From the NCBI GenBank assembly GCA_963668175.1, contig OY764159.1, positions 1,440,001-1,504,000 on the forward strand: a stretch of 64,000 nucleotides of DNA, given 5' to 3'. Source of the DNA: Syntrophales bacterium (GTDB taxonomy: Bacteria; Desulfobacterota; Syntrophia; Syntrophales; PHBD01). Under the pieces are notes generated by a model. The model was given only the letters and a program-made list of their open reading frames with translations. It did not search any database and was not told the origin of the DNA. Position 1 is the stretch's first letter; each line of letters begins with the position of its first letter. Position numbers and translations under genes: made by a program. Shown here piece by piece: positions 10,114-22,432 of the stretch.

Positions 10114-11436
10114 ATGCGAAGAGGATTACGACCTTTCTTTCTCTTATTAGCGGCGATGCTCGTGTTTTTCGCCTTTGCGGATGCGGCCCGTGCGGAAGAA
10201 CGGAAGCCCGTTTTTGACGTCATTACCGTCAGTGCCGTCATCACACCGCCGATCGCCGAGTATGTCGGACAGAGCATCAACGAATCGGCGCGGGCGGGTT
10301 CGGAAGGGCTGATCATCCTCCTGGATACGCCGGGCGGGCTAGACCTGGCGATGAGGGACATCGCCAAGGCGATCCTCAACGCGCCCATCCCCGTCATCGT
10401 CTTCGTCTATCCGTCGGGAGCGCGTGCCGCTTCGGCGGGTGTGATCATCACCGTCTCGGCCCATATAGCCGCCATGGCACCCGGCACCAACATCGGCGCG
10501 GCCCATCCCGTCGGTATCGGCATCGGCGGGGGCATGGACAAGACGATGATGAAGAAGGTCGAGAACGACGCCGTCGCCTACGTCCGGGGCATCGTCAAGA
10601 AAAAGGGCCGGAACGAGGAATGGGTCGAAAAAGCGGTCCGGCGGAGCGAGTCGATCACGGCCGAAGAAGCCCTGAAGCACAACGTCATCGATGTGATGGC
10701 GACGAACGTCGACGATCTGCTCCGGCAGATAGACGGCCGCGAAGTGACGACGAGCAAGGGCAAGGTCGTGCTGAATACAAAGAACGCCGTCGTCAATTCG
10801 AAAAAGATCGGCACCCGGCAGAAGATCCTTTCCGCCATCAGCGATCCGAATATTGCCTACATCCTGTTCCTGATCGGCCTGGCGGGGCTCTATTTCGAGT
10901 TTTCCAGTCCGGGAGCCGTCCTGCCCGGCATTGTCGGGGGGATTTCGCTGATCCTGGCCTTTTTCGCTATGCAGACCCTGTCTGTCAACTACGCCGGCGT
11001 GGCGTTGATCCTCTTCGCCGTCATTCTCTTCGTCGCAGAGCTGAAGGTCAACAGCCACGGGGTCCTCACCATCGGCGGGATCGTCTCCCTGGTACTCGGA
11101 TCGCTTCTGCTCTTCGATACGGGAGAGCCCTCGCTCGGGGTGGCCTGGACGGTCCTGATACCCGCCGTGACGATCACCTCCCTTTTCTTCGTGGCGGTGA
11201 TCACCCTGGCCCTGAAAGCCCAGCTGCGGAAGAAGGTTACGGGAAGCGAAGGCATGATCGGGATGGCCGGCGAGGCCGTCACGGATGTCGAGGCGGACGG
11301 AAAGGTCCTGGTCATGGGTGAATTCTGGGAAGCCTGGAGCGATCGGCCGATCGCCCGGGGAAGCAAGGTGAAGGTGCTGGAGGTCAAGGGCCTTCGATTG
11401 AAGGTGGAATTACAGAAGGAGGTTAAACCGATATGA
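10114..11436 (+). CDS. nfeD: NfeD family membrane serine protease
   Basis: [22 protein letters not shown] block; C-terminal OB domain (GEFWEA). Confidence 0.95.
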   Translation: MRRGLRPFFLLLAAMLVFFAFADAARAEERKPVFDVITVSAVITPPIAEYVGQSINESARAGSEGLIILLDTPGGLDLAMRDIAKAILNAPIPVIVFVYPSGARAASAGVIITVSAHIAAMAPGTNIGAAHPVGIGIGGGMDKTMMKKVENDAVAYVRGIVKKKGRNEEWVEKAVRRSESITAEEALKHNVIDVMATNVDDLLRQIDGREVTTSKGKVVLNTKNAVVNSKKIGTRQKILSAISDPNIAYILFLIGLAGLYFEFSSPGAVLPGIVGGISLILAFFAMQTLSVNYAGVALILFAVILFVAELKVNSHGVLTIGGIVSLVLGSLLLFDTGEPSLGVAWTVLIPAVTITSLFFVAVITLALKAQLRKKVTGSEGMIGMAGEAVTDVEADGKVLVMGEFWEAWSDRPIARGSKVKVLEVKGLRLKVELQKEVKPI

Positions 11437-12185
11437 CGCTGACTACGATTGTGACCCTGATTGTTTTAGTCCTTATGTTTTTTTCCGCGGCGATCCGGGT
11501 GTTGAACGAGTACGAGCGGGGGGTCATCTTCCGCCTGGGCCGGGTTATCGACACCAAGGGGCCGGGCCTCATTATCCTCATCCCGATCGTCGACAAGATG
11601 GTGAAGATCAGCATGCGGACGATCACGATGGATGTCCCTCCCCAGGACGTCATCACGCGGGACAACGTATCCATTAAAGTGAACGCCGTCGTCTATTTTC
11701 GGGTGGTGGACGCCCAGTCGGCGGTTATCTCGGTGGAGAACTACCTGTACGCCACTTCTCAGCTGGCCCAGACGACGCTCCGGAGCATCTGCGGCCAGGT
11801 GGAACTCGACGAAATCCTCTCCGCCCGCGACAAGATCAACCAGCATCTCCAGGAACTCCTGGACCGCAGCACGGACCCCTGGGGGATCAAGGTGACGCTC
11901 GTAGAAGTCAAGCACATCGATCTGCCGGAAGAGATGAAGCGGGCCATGGCGAAACAGGCCGAGGCGGAAAGGGAGAGACGCTCCAAGGTCATCAACGCGG
12001 AAGGCGAATTCCAGGCTGCGCAGAAGCTGATCGAAGCGGCGGCGCTCATGGCCACACAGCCCATGTCCCTCCAGCTCAGGTATCTGCAGACCTTGAACCA
12101 GATATCCGCCGAAAAAAGCTCGACCATTCTCTTCCCGATCCCGATCGACCTGGTCAAGCCATTCTTGAAGCTGGTGGAGAAATAG
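11433..12185 (+). CDS. SPFH/stomatin-like (slipin) protein
   Basis: [32 protein letters not shown]; coupled to nfeD. Confidence 0.95.
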   Translation: MTLTTIVTLIVLVLMFFSAAIRVLNEYERGVIFRLGRVIDTKGPGLIILIPIVDKMVKISMRTITMDVPPQDVITRDNVSIKVNAVVYFRVVDAQSAVISVENYLYATSQLAQTTLRSICGQVELDEILSARDKINQHLQELLDRSTDPWGIKVTLVEVKHIDLPEEMKRAMAKQAEAERERRSKVINAEGEFQAAQKLIEAAALMATQPMSLQLRYLQTLNQISAEKSSTILFPIPIDLVKPFLKLVEK

Positions 12186-12324
12186 CCGTAACAGCCGGGA
12201 GCCTTCCACCCGCTGAAACGGACAAAGGCGCGCCGACGGCGGCTGCCGGGCGTATGTTTGTATGCGGATTTGTTCCTGCGGGAGCTGGACGAACGTAACG
12301 ACAGAGGGAAAGGAGCCGATCGCG

Positions 12325-12651
12325 ATGGAAGACAGGGAAAAGATGCACGTCCTGACGGGCGGGATGATTCTGATCACGTTGGGGATACTGATTCTGTTGA
12401 ACAGCATGGATGTCTACGGGTTCTCGAAGAGCTGGCCGATCCTGCTCATCATCATCGCGATAGGCACCCTGATCCAGCGGGGCAAGGACATCGGCGGCTG
12501 GTTCATCGCCGTTGCCGGCGTGATCTTCCTTGTCAGCCAGAACGGGTGGATGGATATGAACAGAATCGCCGTATACCTGCTGCCGCTGTTGCTGATCGTG
12601 ATCGGCGTCAACATTTTGAGGAGGCATTACCGGAAGCGCAAGGAAGGATGA
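12325..12651 (+). CDS. Small membrane protein, LiaF/DUF5668-like
   Basis: Four hydrophobic segments, WPILLI motif, RBS AAGGAG. Confidence 0.7.
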   Translation: MEDREKMHVLTGGMILITLGILILLNSMDVYGFSKSWPILLIIIAIGTLIQRGKDIGGWFIAVAGVIFLVSQNGWMDMNRIAVYLLPLLLIVIGVNILRRHYRKRKEG

Positions 12652-13358
12652 GAAATGACCCGGGTGGTGGAAGTATCATGAAGGCAGGCAGGACCAAAGG
12701 AAAGAAACGGGGCAGGGTGCTCGTGATCACCGATTTTGACGGCACGCTCTGCACGGTGGACATGGGAAACAGAATCCTCAACCATTTTACCCGCGACGGA
12801 TGGCAGGGCATCGACGATGCGTATCTACGCGGCGACATCGGTTCGAAGACGGCGTACACGCAGATCGCCCCTTTTCTGAAAGGGACGCCGGCGGAGATGG
12901 CCGACTACGCCCGCAGGCACGGCGGGATCGATCCCTATTTCGGCGAATTCCTGCGGTTTGCCGGGGCCGGCGGCATCGACGTCCAGATCGTTTCCGACGG
13001 CCTCGATCTCTATATCGAGGCCATTCTGGCCGAAAACGGCTACAGCGACATCCCGTACATCTCCAACAGCCTGCTCTTCGAGAACGGCGTCTTCTCGTTG
13101 GCTTTCCCCGCCTGGAACGGCTTCTGCGGCCGTTGCGGCACGTGCAAGCGCTCGGTCGTGGAAGACCGGCGGAAGACCTACGACCGGATCGTCTACATCG
13201 GCGACGGCCATTCGGATGTCTGCCCTTCCGAGCACGCCGATCTCGTTTTTGCCAAGGGTTTTCTTTATCGGAAATGCCGGGAGAACGGCACCGCCTGCAT
13301 TCACATCGACCACTTCGGAGACGTTTTGGCCCGTCTGCAGGACGAATGCCCGCAGTAG
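12648..13358 (+). CDS. MtnX-like HAD-IB phosphatase (start may be 12678)
   Basis: DFDGT, VSDG, CGTCK, YIGDGHSD motifs. Confidence 0.85.
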   Translation: MRNDPGGGSIMKAGRTKGKKRGRVLVITDFDGTLCTVDMGNRILNHFTRDGWQGIDDAYLRGDIGSKTAYTQIAPFLKGTPAEMADYARRHGGIDPYFGEFLRFAGAGGIDVQIVSDGLDLYIEAILAENGYSDIPYISNSLLFENGVFSLAFPAWNGFCGRCGTCKRSVVEDRRKTYDRIVYIGDGHSDVCPSEHADLVFAKGFLYRKCRENGTACIHIDHFGDVLARLQDECPQ

Positions 13359-13504
13359 GTCCGCCAGTTCCTGTGCCGCCCGGAGAGCCATTCCGGGCCG
13401 CGATCCCGGCGGGATCTCCGTTTCGTCTGTGCCGTCCGTTTCCGGCCGGGAACCTTCTCCCTTCTTCCGTTGCTTTATCGCATGCCTTTTGGTATTCATA
13501 GGAT

Positions 13505-14020
13505 ATGAGTCCTCCTCGCGTCTGTGCGATAGGGGCCGTTAGCCGGCTCTCCTTTCTCCTGCTGTCTTTCCTGATTGCCGGCGGCTGTTCGTCTCCCGAA
13601 TCGGGGAAGGAGGCGGTCTGGAAGCACTACGCCCAGACGGATGACTATGAGTTCTATTACGATAACGGGAACCTGGAATATCGGGACGACAGCATCGTCA
13701 GGGTATCGCTGAAACGGGAGTTGAAAGGGGAAAACCCGATTATCCCGGAGACGAAAAAATCGGTCCTGAGGGAAATGAAGAAACGCCAGAAGGCGGGGAT
13801 GTCCATCCAGGGTTACGAAAACTGGGACCATGAGGTCGTTGTGTGCGAGATCGACTGCCGGAGCCGCATCATCCGTTTCCTGAAATCGACCAATTACGAC
13901 CATAGCGGGAAAATCCTGGACCAGATCGTCGTACCCGAATCCGTCCTCAAGTGGGACAAGATCATCCCCGGCACCATCAACGACCTGCTCGGCCGGGCCG
14001 TCTGCGCCCGTAAGGAATGA
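13505..14020 (+). CDS. Putative lipoprotein, surface-adhesin E-like
   Basis: Lipobox-like IAGGC; EIDC...W..I.PGT...C pattern. Confidence 0.6.
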   Translation: MSPPRVCAIGAVSRLSFLLLSFLIAGGCSSPESGKEAVWKHYAQTDDYEFYYDNGNLEYRDDSIVRVSLKRELKGENPIIPETKKSVLREMKKRQKAGMSIQGYENWDHEVVVCEIDCRSRIIRFLKSTNYDHSGKILDQIVVPESVLKWDKIIPGTINDLLGRAVCARKE

Positions 14021-14127
14021 CGGCGGTGGATGCGTTCGCGGGATAAGGTTAAGGAGCAAGCCGATGCCGCATCATTGAGGGGCATTCGGCTGGAGATGAC
14101 GAACTTATCAAGAAGAAAGGAGCCACG

Positions 14128-14706
14128 ATGAAAAAATCGATCAAGGGAACAAAAACGGAGAAAAATCTGCTGGCGGCTTTTGCCGGTGAATCCCAGGCAA
14201 GAAACCGATATACCTATTTTGCCAGTGCGGCACGGAAGGAAGGATACGAGCAGATTGCCAATATTTTCCTGGAAACGGCCGAGAACGAGAAGGAACATGC
14301 GAAAGTTTTCTTCAAGCATCTCGAAGGGGGCGATGTGGAGATCGTTGCCGCTTATCCCGCCGGGGTCATCGGCGACACGAAGTCCAACCTCGAGGCCGCC
14401 GCGGCCGGAGAAAACATGGAATGGACGACCCTCTATTCCGATTTTGCCGCCACGGCCAAGAACGAAGGTTTTGCGGAAGTTGCCCGGTCGTTCGATCAGG
14501 TGGCCAAAGTCGAGAGATATCATGAAGCCCGGTACCGTAAATTGATCGCCAATCTCATGGCCGGCGGGGTCTTCAAGAAGAAGGCGGCCGTGAAGTGGCA
14601 CTGCATCAACTGCGGCTATGTCCTGGAAGGCACGGAGCCCCCGAAGAGCTGCCCGGCCTGCCAGCATTCCCAGGCTTATTTCGAAGTCCTGGCGGAGAAT
14701 TACTAA
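14128..14706 (+). CDS. rbr: Rubrerythrin
   Basis: [29 protein letters not shown]-terminal CINC/CPAC. Confidence 0.97.
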   Translation: MKKSIKGTKTEKNLLAAFAGESQARNRYTYFASAARKEGYEQIANIFLETAENEKEHAKVFFKHLEGGDVEIVAAYPAGVIGDTKSNLEAAAAGENMEWTTLYSDFAATAKNEGFAEVARSFDQVAKVERYHEARYRKLIANLMAGGVFKKKAAVKWHCINCGYVLEGTEPPKSCPACQHSQAYFEVLAENY

Positions 14707-14739
14707 AGAAGCGGCCTTCTGGCCGGAAAAGGAGCGGCG

Positions 14740-15180
14740 ATGAAACGCACGTTTTCGCAAGTACTGATCGCGGTTGTTTTCCTTCTGTTCTGGGCCGGCC
14801 CGGCCCCCGCCTCGGATCAGGCGGACGTCAACGCCCTGCTGGACCGTTTCGAGACGGCCATCGCCAACGACGACATCACCGCGGTGGAGTCGTGTCTCTT
14901 CCGGAAGGGCTTTTTCCAGGTCTACGATTACACGGGCAAGGGGGTCCAGGTTTACGGCAAGGAAGGCATGCTGGACCCGGCATGGTTCAAGAGCAACCGG
15001 TATGTGCGGTTTGAGAACCGCCAGATCACGCTGGAGGGCAATGTCGCCTATATCCGGTGCATCGAGAATTCCCTTCACAACAGCGGTGCCAATCCGCACT
15101 ACAGGACCCTGATCATCGCCGTCAAGGACGCCCGGAACTGGTTCCTGGCGGTGCTGTCGGGGAAGCAGATCGATTTTTAA
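14740..15180 (+). CDS. Exported protein, NTF2/SnoaL-like fold
   Basis: Signal peptide ending APA; helix then beta-strand pattern; RBS AAGGAG. Confidence 0.55.
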   Translation: MKRTFSQVLIAVVFLLFWAGPAPASDQADVNALLDRFETAIANDDITAVESCLFRKGFFQVYDYTGKGVQVYGKEGMLDPAWFKSNRYVRFENRQITLEGNVAYIRCIENSLHNSGANPHYRTLIIAVKDARNWFLAVLSGKQIDF

Positions 15181-15209
15181 CGGCGTGTTCGAAACGCAAG
15201 GGTAGAGGT

Positions 15210-16019
15210 ATGACGGAACTCATTTATGAAAAAAAGGACATGATCGCTACAGTGGGCATGAACCGGCCGCAGGCGAAAAACGCCCTCGACCCCCATATCC
15301 TCATGGAGCTTCACCGGGCCTGGGAAGACGTAAGCCGGGACGAAGCCGTTCGGGTCGTCATCCTTCATTCCTGCCTGTCCGATATCTTCTGCGCGGGCAT
15401 GGATCTGAAGACGGTCATTCCGATCCTGACGAGGGCCAGGGCGCCGGAAACGGAGGCGGAGCGTTGGCTGATTTCGTCCGGCGATCAGGTGGCGGAAGCT
15501 ATGCTGAAACCGAACAGGGTGACGAAGCCCGTCATCGCCGCGATCAACGGCTACTGCCTGACGGGTGGATTCGAGATGGTCATGGGGGCGGACCTGCGGA
15601 TAGCCTCCGAAGATGCCGTTTTTCAGATGCGGGAGGCCGCGCTGGGCATCATGCCTACGGGCGGGGCCAATGTCTATCTGCCTCGATTGATGAGCCCCTG
15701 CCGGGCACTGGAGGTCCTGCTTACGGCGGGCAATTATCCGGCCCGTCAGTTGTGCGACTGGGGTTTCCTCAACCGGGTCGTTCCCCGCGAAAAACTCATG
15801 GACGAGGCCCGGGCGCTCGCCGTTTCAATCGCCGCCAACGGTCCCCTGGCCGTCCAGGGCATCGTCCGCTGCCATCGCGAAACCAGGGATATGAATTATC
15901 CCGAGGCCTTCCAGCGGGAACAGGACATCGGCATACCGGTCTTCGGAAGCGCCGATGCCCGGGAAGGCGTACTGGCCCAACGGGAAAAGCGGAAGCCTCA
16001 GTTTCCCGGCAAATATTGA
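15210..16019 (+). CDS. Enoyl-CoA hydratase/crotonase family
   Basis: FCAGMDLK, KPVIAAINGYCLTGGFE; both catalytic Glu present (GGFE, MRE). Confidence 0.92.
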   Translation: MTELIYEKKDMIATVGMNRPQAKNALDPHILMELHRAWEDVSRDEAVRVVILHSCLSDIFCAGMDLKTVIPILTRARAPETEAERWLISSGDQVAEAMLKPNRVTKPVIAAINGYCLTGGFEMVMGADLRIASEDAVFQMREAALGIMPTGGANVYLPRLMSPCRALEVLLTAGNYPARQLCDWGFLNRVVPREKLMDEARALAVSIAANGPLAVQGIVRCHRETRDMNYPEAFQREQDIGIPVFGSADAREGVLAQREKRKPQFPGKY

Positions 16020-16032
16020 TGTGACGTTGCGA

Positions 16033-16060
16033 GGCCGCCCCCGGACGTCCGGGGGCGGCC
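16033..16060. repeat. Perfect 28-bp GC-rich palindrome (3' hairpin)
   Basis: GGCCGCCCCCGGAC|GTCCGGGGGCGGCC just after the crotonase stop; no T tract. Confidence 0.7.
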
Positions 16061-16111
16061 GTTTGGCGCGCAGATGACGGCCGGAACGGGCCCTTCGCAT
16101 CCGGGGATTGC

Positions 16112-17752
16112 ATGATCAAGGACATCCTTTTTTTTGCCGCCGGTCTTATGCTCTTCCTCTACGGCATGGCCAAGCTCGGGGAGGAAGTCCAGCGTTTTCT
16201 GACGATCCGTATCCGCGAATATATCCACACTGCCGTCAAAAGGCCCCTGAATGGCCTGTTGACAGGCATTGCCAGTACCATCTTTTTTCAGAGCAGTTCG
16301 GCCGTGACGGTAGTGACCATCGGGATGGTCAGCGCCGGTCTCATCAGTTTCCACCAGTCGCTCGCCATCATCCTGGGCGCCGACATCGGGACCACCCTGA
16401 CGGTCCAACTGGTCGTCTGGAAGATCACCGATATCGCTCCGGCGCTGATCCTGGCCGGAGGCGTGCTGTGGTTTACGGCCGGCGGCAGGGGAAAGGCCGC
16501 GGGGGAGGCCGTCTTCTTCTTCGGTCTCATCTTCTTCGGCCTGAATCTCATGGGTATGGCCACGGCGCCCCTGAAGGAGAACCCTGCGGTGATCGGCTTC
16601 TTTCGGGAAGCGGGGAATCCGCTGGTCGGGATTGCAGCGGGGGCGGTCTTTACGGCCCTCGTCCATTCCTCGCTGATTCCCATCAGCCTTCTCGTTATTC
16701 TGGCCCAGCAGGGACTGATTTCCATCGCATCGGCTCTTCCGATCGTCATCGGCGCCAATATCGGTACGACGGCAACGGCCCTGATGGCTGCGGCCACGGC
16801 CAATATCAGCGGCAAGAGAAGCGCCGCCGGGCATCTCCTTTTCAAAGTCGGAGGGGCCGCCGTCTGCGTGATCGCCTTCCCCGCCATGATCTCCGCCGTG
16901 AGGGCCTTTTCCGATTCGACAGCCCAGCAGATCGTCTTCGGCCATTTTCTCTTCAATGCCGTTGTCGTCGCGATCTTCATCTTTATCCTCAAGCCCTTCG
17001 CCCGGCTGATCGAAAGGTTGATACCCGGTCAGGCTTTCTTCTTCCCCCTCTGGCCGGAATTCCTCTCCGACAAGGACCTCGCCGATCCGGAGAAGGCCCT
17101 GGAGAATGTCCGGAAGGAACTGGAGAGGGAGATCCTGCTTACAAGAAGGATGTTCGAACAGTTCATGATGCTGGGCGATGCCTATAAAGAGGGCATTCGT
17201 TTAAACATGGCCTATATGGAGATGGTGATCGACAACCTTACGCGGGAAATCGTCCGCTACCTTTGGCGGGCCTCGTGCCGGGAGTTTTCGGGCGACCTGT
17301 CGCAGCGGCTGTTCAGTTACACGGCGATGGCGGACGACCTGGAACGCATCGGCGACCATGTTTCCAGCCTGGGATTCCTGGCCAGGGACCGGCACAAAAG
17401 GGGAATCGCCTTCAGTGTCCCCGGCACCATGGAGATGGCGGAGATCCAGCAGGCCGTCCTGGACAATCTCAACAGGGCTGTTTCTCTGATCGAACGCCGC
17501 GATGAGGCCGTCGTCCGTGCCATCAAATGCAGCGAAGAAGAGATCGACGGGATGGTCGAGCGTGCCCGGGAGAACCACAGGGTCCGTTTCCACAGGCGGG
17601 TCTGCCAGGCCGAGGCCGGGCCCATTTTCGTCGAGATGCTGATCCACCTGGAGAGAATATCCGACCATTGTGAGAATATCGCCGAATACGTCGAGGGAAT
17701 GAAAACGGCCCAGCGGCAGGAGAACTGCTTGACCGCCGAAGGAAGCACGTGA
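16112..17752 (+). CDS. Na+/phosphate cotransporter family with PhoU domains
   Basis: QSSSA/HSS repeats, GADIGTT/GANIGTT, DLERIGDH and LERISDH. Confidence 0.93.
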   Translation: MIKDILFFAAGLMLFLYGMAKLGEEVQRFLTIRIREYIHTAVKRPLNGLLTGIASTIFFQSSSAVTVVTIGMVSAGLISFHQSLAIILGADIGTTLTVQLVVWKITDIAPALILAGGVLWFTAGGRGKAAGEAVFFFGLIFFGLNLMGMATAPLKENPAVIGFFREAGNPLVGIAAGAVFTALVHSSLIPISLLVILAQQGLISIASALPIVIGANIGTTATALMAAATANISGKRSAAGHLLFKVGGAAVCVIAFPAMISAVRAFSDSTAQQIVFGHFLFNAVVVAIFIFILKPFARLIERLIPGQAFFFPLWPEFLSDKDLADPEKALENVRKELEREILLTRRMFEQFMMLGDAYKEGIRLNMAYMEMVIDNLTREIVRYLWRASCREFSGDLSQRLFSYTAMADDLERIGDHVSSLGFLARDRHKRGIAFSVPGTMEMAEIQQAVLDNLNRAVSLIERRDEAVVRAIKCSEEEIDGMVERARENHRVRFHRRVCQAEAGPIFVEMLIHLERISDHCENIAEYVEGMKTAQRQENCLTAEGST

Positions 17753-17790
17753 TATTTTTTATGTCATATTCCATGCCGAGGAGGTATGTC

Positions 17791-18309
17791 ATGAAGGAAC
17801 GGGTTGATGCTTTGAAAGTGGCGCTGGACAACGAACTTAACGAGCATAAATTTTACCTGAAGCACGCGGAAAGAACGACCAATCCCGCCGGTCGGGCCAT
17901 GTTCAAACAGATTGCCTCCGAGGAGATGGAGCACTACGAGGCCCTGAAGCAGATATCCGAATCCTGGAGCAAGGACGGAAAGTGGCCCGGTACCGTTTCG
18001 GCGAAGGTCAAGGGAACGGTCGTGAAAGACGTCCTCAAGGGTCTGCTCAAGCAGTCGGACAAACTCCCGCGCGGCGACAAGGACGACGTGGAAGCAATCC
18101 GCGTGGCCATCGATTTCGAGGCCGAGGGCTGCGCCTATTACGCAAAGCTCCGGGACGCCTCGACCGACCCGGCCGAAAAGGCCTTTTTCAACCTGATGGC
18201 CGACATCGAGCATGAACATTACGTTTCCCTCAAGGAGACGGAGGAACTTTTTGTGGACCCGGCCCAGTGGTTCCGCAGCCACGAAAGGGGCGGCCTGGAC
18301 GGGGCGTGA
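17791..18309 (+). CDS. Ferritin-like / rubrerythrin-family diiron protein
   Basis: Two E...FY/YY...ExxH repeats (EEMEH, IEHEH); no rubredoxin domain. Confidence 0.85.
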   Translation: MKERVDALKVALDNELNEHKFYLKHAERTTNPAGRAMFKQIASEEMEHYEALKQISESWSKDGKWPGTVSAKVKGTVVKDVLKGLLKQSDKLPRGDKDDVEAIRVAIDFEAEGCAYYAKLRDASTDPAEKAFFNLMADIEHEHYVSLKETEELFVDPAQWFRSHERGGLDGA

Positions 18310-18380
18310 CGGATTAAGGGTGTCTTTGAGAAGTTGTTGGAGGGAGCGGCAGATACAACCTGCTTCTTGCTCTTGGCTTC

Positions 18381-21300
18381 TCAGCCGTTCCCGGTTTTGC
18401 CCAACGCCCGGCCGACGGTCTGGGCCAGGTCACGGAGGGAGACCGGCTTCATGATGAAGGCGCGGATACCGATCTGCCTGGCTTCGGATTCGGTCAGCGT
18501 TTCGTGGGGTCCCGCCGTGATGATAATGGGGAGCCGAGGCCGGATCCGCAGCATCTGCATGGCCAGATTGATCCCGGATATGTTCGGCATATCGGCGTCC
18601 GCGAGGACCAAGTCGAACCTGTCGGGATTGGACCGCAGGGTTTCCAGGGCGTCCAGGCTGCGGCATCGCATCGTGACGTCGTAACCCAGGGAAGCCAGCA
18701 TATCCCGGACCACGGCCGCCGGAGACTCTTCGTCGTCGACGATGAGGATGTGTCCGGATCCGCAGGGGATGATTTCGGTGTCTCCCTTTGTCTCGCCTCC
18801 GCCCGCATCGGTCAGGGGAAGGTAAACATCGAAAACGGAGCCCTTGCCGGATTCGCTGCTCACGCGAACCGCCCCGCCGTGGTTCCTGACGATCCCGTAA
18901 ACCACCGACAAACCCAGCCCCGTTCCCTCGCCCAATTCCTTGGTCGTGAAGAAGGGATCGAAGATTTTATCCATAATGGACGGGTGGATTCCGTGGCCCG
19001 TGTCGCCGACCGTGATTTTCAGATACGGCCCCTCTTTCAGGTCGGGAATGGATTCGCGCCTGCCGGCGGCCATCTCCTCCCTGTCCAAGGAGATCGTCAG
19101 GACCCCGCCCGTTTGCCGCATCGCATGGGCCGCGTTCGTGCAGAGATTCAGCAGGACCTGGTGGATCTGCGTGGCATCCGCCAGGACCGTATCGGGGCCG
19201 GGCGAAAGGTTCAGCCTGACGTCGATACCGGCCGGCAGCGAAGGTTTGATCAATTTGACGGTCTCGCTGATGAGGGGGGTGACGAGAATGGGGTTTTTTT
19301 CATGTTCTTTTCGGCGGCTGAACGTCAGAATCTGGTTGACGAGGTCTCTCGCCCTTTCGCAGGCGGTGAGAACGTGTTCCAGATAGGGATGGATCTTCTC
19401 GTCGCCGGTCTTGAATTTCGCGAGTCCCGTATAACCCATCACTGCGCCCAGGATGTTGTTGAAATCGTGCGCGATGCCCCCTGCCAGGGTGCCGATGGCC
19501 TCCATTTTCTGGACCTGGAGGAGATGGGCCTCCATCTGCTTCCGCTGGGTGATGTCGTCGACCGTGCCCTCCAGATAGGCGACCTCTCCCCCGGGAAGGC
19601 GGACGGCATGGCAATTGATGGAAATCCAGAGACGCTTGCCGTCTTGCCGGGCTATTTGTGTTTCGACGCCTTCGATATGGCCGTGCGTTTCGAGAAGATT
19701 CAGGATGCGCCTCCTGTCTCTCGGGTCGGCATAAACCCGTTCGTCCAGGTTGCCGATGTGGGTCATCAAGTCCTCCGGCGAGGCGTAACCGAACATCCTG
19801 GCCAGAGACGGATTGACGCTCAGCAACCGCCCTTTCGGCGTCGTCTGAAAGATGCCTTCCGTTGCATTCTCGAAGATGTGGCGGTACTTCTCCTCGCTCT
19901 TCTGGAGTGCTTTCAGGGCATTTTTATAGGCCGTTATGTCCGTGGAGACGCCCAGAACGGCCTTGCCCCCCGTCGGGGCGACGGCAACGGGAATCTTGGT
20001 GGTCTGCAGGATGCGGGTGCGTCCGGCGGCATCCGTAATCGTCTCCTCCGGTATCTCTTTGGCCCGACCCGATTCCATGATGAAGAGGTCGTCTTTCAGG
20101 AAATGGTCCACTTCGGACCGGTTGGGATTGACATCCGCATCGGTCTTGCCGGTCAGGTTTCGGACCGTTGTTCCGAAGGCCTCGGCTACGGCCTTGTTGG
20201 CCAGAATGAAACGCCCTTCGCGGTCTTTGGCAAAAATGAAATGGGGGACGAGATCGATGACCTGGCGCAGCCACGCTTCGCTTGCCCGCAGCGCCTCTTC
20301 CGCCCGGCGGCGGTCCGTGATGTCCAGAAGCGTGCCGATGACGGCCGGCTTCCCCTGGTAAACGGTCAGTGAACTGTAAACTTCTACATGGCGGGCTTTA
20401 CCGGCGCCGGTCCGTATCCGGAATTCGTACTGAAGTGAAACGATTTCCCCGGAGATCCTCTTTCGTAAATTCTCCAGGACCAGAGATTGATCGTCGGGAT
20501 GGATCACTTCCTCCACCCGCATTTTGCCGGCCATGTCTTCGACCCTGTAGCCGAGTATGTCGGCAAACTTGGCGTTGACGTACTGAAAAGTGCCGTCCTG
20601 GACAAGATAGACTCCGGCAACGGATTTTTCGGCCAGGTTCCGGAATTTTCCTTCCGATTCCAAAAGGACCGTCTCCGCTTTCTTGCGCTCGGTGATATCG
20701 ATGACCGTTCCGCGGAAGCCTGTCATCACTCCGTCGCGGACGACGGGACTGACAAAGGCGATGGCGGGAAAGGTCGTGCCGTCTTTCCGGGCAAGGGTGT
20801 ACTCGGCCGACCTGACCATTTCCCCCCTGGTCAGTTTCGCCAGATCGGAGGCAAATTTGTCCATTTCGTCCGGAGGGATGACCGTACGGATGTTCCTGAT
20901 GCCCCTCTTGAGATCTTGCGTACCGTATCCGAAAACATCGAGACTCATGAGATTGAGAAACACCGCATCGCCGTTGAGGTCGAATTCAAAAACAGGCTGG
21001 GGCAGGAGATTCGCCAGGTCCCGAAACCGTTTCTCGCTTATGCGGAGCGCCTCCTCGGCCTTTGCCCTCATGATCGATGTTCCGATCTGGGCGGCGACGG
21101 CCTCCAGCGCATGTCTGCTCCGGGCCGGTATGCTGTCGGCGTTGCGGGATGCGAGGGCAAACGCTCCGATGACCTTGCCCCGGCTGTGGATCGGAATCAT
21201 GGCCTTGGCGCGGAAACCTTCTTCCTGCATGATATCCTTAAGATAAACCGTCCGATCGTTCGTATCGAGGTAGCGGGGCACCCCTTTCATGACAAAGGGG

Positions 21301-22046
21301 ACGATCTCCGCTCCCGCGGCGATGCGCCTGGTCCGCTCGGCAAAGCCCTCGGAGATGCCCCGCATGCAGGCCATGTCCAGGTCCCCGCTGTTCGGATCGA
21401 TCATATAGATAGCGCCGACGTCCAGGTCCCCCGCCTCCATGGCGCATTCCAGGCAGAGATTGAGGGCGTCGTCGAGGGACGTCGTCTCGGCCAGGGCGAG
21501 TCCCAGGTCGCGCTGGGCCGTCACGATGCGCTCCGACCATTTGCGCTCGGTGATGTCCATGATGACCCCTCTCAGGCCGATGCTCCTGTCCCCACGGATG
21601 ATCGGGCTTGAGAAGGTCAAGGCGGGAAAAGTGCTGCCGTCCTTGCGTCTGAAATTGTAATCCCTGGCCCCGGAGAGTTCCCCGTTCTGCATTTTGTCGA
21701 TATTGGCAAGGGAAAAGGTTGAGTCTCCCGGCGGGATCAGGTCCAGTATGTTGATTCCCCGGTTGAAATCCTCACGCGTGTAGCCGAAAAGCTGAAGGCC
21801 GATATCGTTCGTGAAGGTGATGCGCCCTTCCCGGTCGCATTCATAAATGGTCAACGGCAGCAGGGCGATGAGGTCGCGGAATTTCTTTTCGTTTTCCCGA
21901 AGCGCCGCCTCCGTCTTCTTACGTTCGGCGATTTCCTCCGAAAGCGACCGGTTGGCGTCGACGAGTTCCATGGTCCGCTTGGCCACCATTTCCTGCAATT
22001 CGGCATTCATGCGTTGCATGTCTTCGTCTTTGGTCGTGTATGGCAT
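18381..22046 (-). CDS. Multi-PAS/GAF hybrid histidine kinase with receiver
   Basis: About five PAS domains plus a GAF; H-box AHDFNN; G2 GTGLGL; C-terminal REC. Confidence 0.93.
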   Translation of the reverse strand: MPYTTKDEDMQRMNAELQEMVAKRTMELVDANRSLSEEIAERKKTEAALRENEKKFRDLIALLPLTIYECDREGRITFTNDIGLQLFGYTREDFNRGINILDLIPPGDSTFSLANIDKMQNGELSGARDYNFRRKDGSTFPALTFSSPIIRGDRSIGLRGVIMDITERKWSERIVTAQRDLGLALAETTSLDDALNLCLECAMEAGDLDVGAIYMIDPNSGDLDMACMRGISEGFAERTRRIAAGAEIVPFVMKGVPRYLDTNDRTVYLKDIMQEEGFRAKAMIPIHSRGKVIGAFALASRNADSIPARSRHALEAVAAQIGTSIMRAKAEEALRISEKRFRDLANLLPQPVFEFDLNGDAVFLNLMSLDVFGYGTQDLKRGIRNIRTVIPPDEMDKFASDLAKLTRGEMVRSAEYTLARKDGTTFPAIAFVSPVVRDGVMTGFRGTVIDITERKKAETVLLESEGKFRNLAEKSVAGVYLVQDGTFQYVNAKFADILGYRVEDMAGKMRVEEVIHPDDQSLVLENLRKRISGEIVSLQYEFRIRTGAGKARHVEVYSSLTVYQGKPAVIGTLLDITDRRRAEEALRASEAWLRQVIDLVPHFIFAKDREGRFILANKAVAEAFGTTVRNLTGKTDADVNPNRSEVDHFLKDDLFIMESGRAKEIPEETITDAAGRTRILQTTKIPVAVAPTGGKAVLGVSTDITAYKNALKALQKSEEKYRHIFENATEGIFQTTPKGRLLSVNPSLARMFGYASPEDLMTHIGNLDERVYADPRDRRRILNLLETHGHIEGVETQIARQDGKRLWISINCHAVRLPGGEVAYLEGTVDDITQRKQMEAHLLQVQKMEAIGTLAGGIAHDFNNILGAVMGYTGLAKFKTGDEKIHPYLEHVLTACERARDLVNQILTFSRRKEHEKNPILVTPLISETVKLIKPSLPAGIDVRLNLSPGPDTVLADATQIHQVLLNLCTNAAHAMRQTGGVLTISLDREEMAAGRRESIPDLKEGPYLKITVGDTGHGIHPSIMDKIFDPFFTTKELGEGTGLGLSVVYGIVRNHGGAVRVSSESGKGSVFDVYLPLTDAGGGETKGDTEIIPCGSGHILIVDDEESPAAVVRDMLASLGYDVTMRCRSLDALETLRSNPDRFDLVLADADMPNISGINLAMQMLRIRPRLPIIITAGPHETLTESEARQIGIRAFIMKPVSLRDLAQTVGRALGKTGNG

Positions 22047-22296
22047 AGAGGGGCTTCTCCAGAGTAAGAACAAGGATAATAAGTGACCAAAATAGTCCTA
22101 AAAAACACTTAATATAATTAAAATAACAATATGCATTTGTCAATCAATATATAATAAACGTTTTACAAAAGGTTTGAAATATGTCAAAAAAGGGCCGGTA
22201 AAAGTCGATATCGTATGGCGTCTTAGTACGCTTGGCGGGACGGAGTGAGAACATTTGGTCTTTACCGTTTTTGATTTCAGGGAAAGCTCCGGAGTC

Positions 22297-22325
22297 TTGA
22301 CTAACTTACAGGGCATGGTTAAATT
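22297..22325 (+). promoter_or_regulatory. sigma70 promoter of degP-like gene
   Basis: TTGACT-17 nt-TAAATT. Confidence 0.55.
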
Positions 22326-22432
22326 AGCGGTCAATCGGCCGTTGGGTGCCGTCATCCGGGTCATGAGGATGTTGATGCATGCCTCAGACGCGTGGTAGAA
22401 GCGATTTCGCAACCGAGGAGGGCATAAAATTC

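Noticed and set aside
12258..12647. Long N-terminal extension of the HAD phosphatase in the ORF track
   Set aside because: It overlaps the membrane-protein gene in another frame; the HAD motif begins only after 12678
17791..18684. In-frame continuation past the TGA of the ferritin-like gene
   Set aside because: The extension is antisense to the hybrid kinase and looks like a shadow frame
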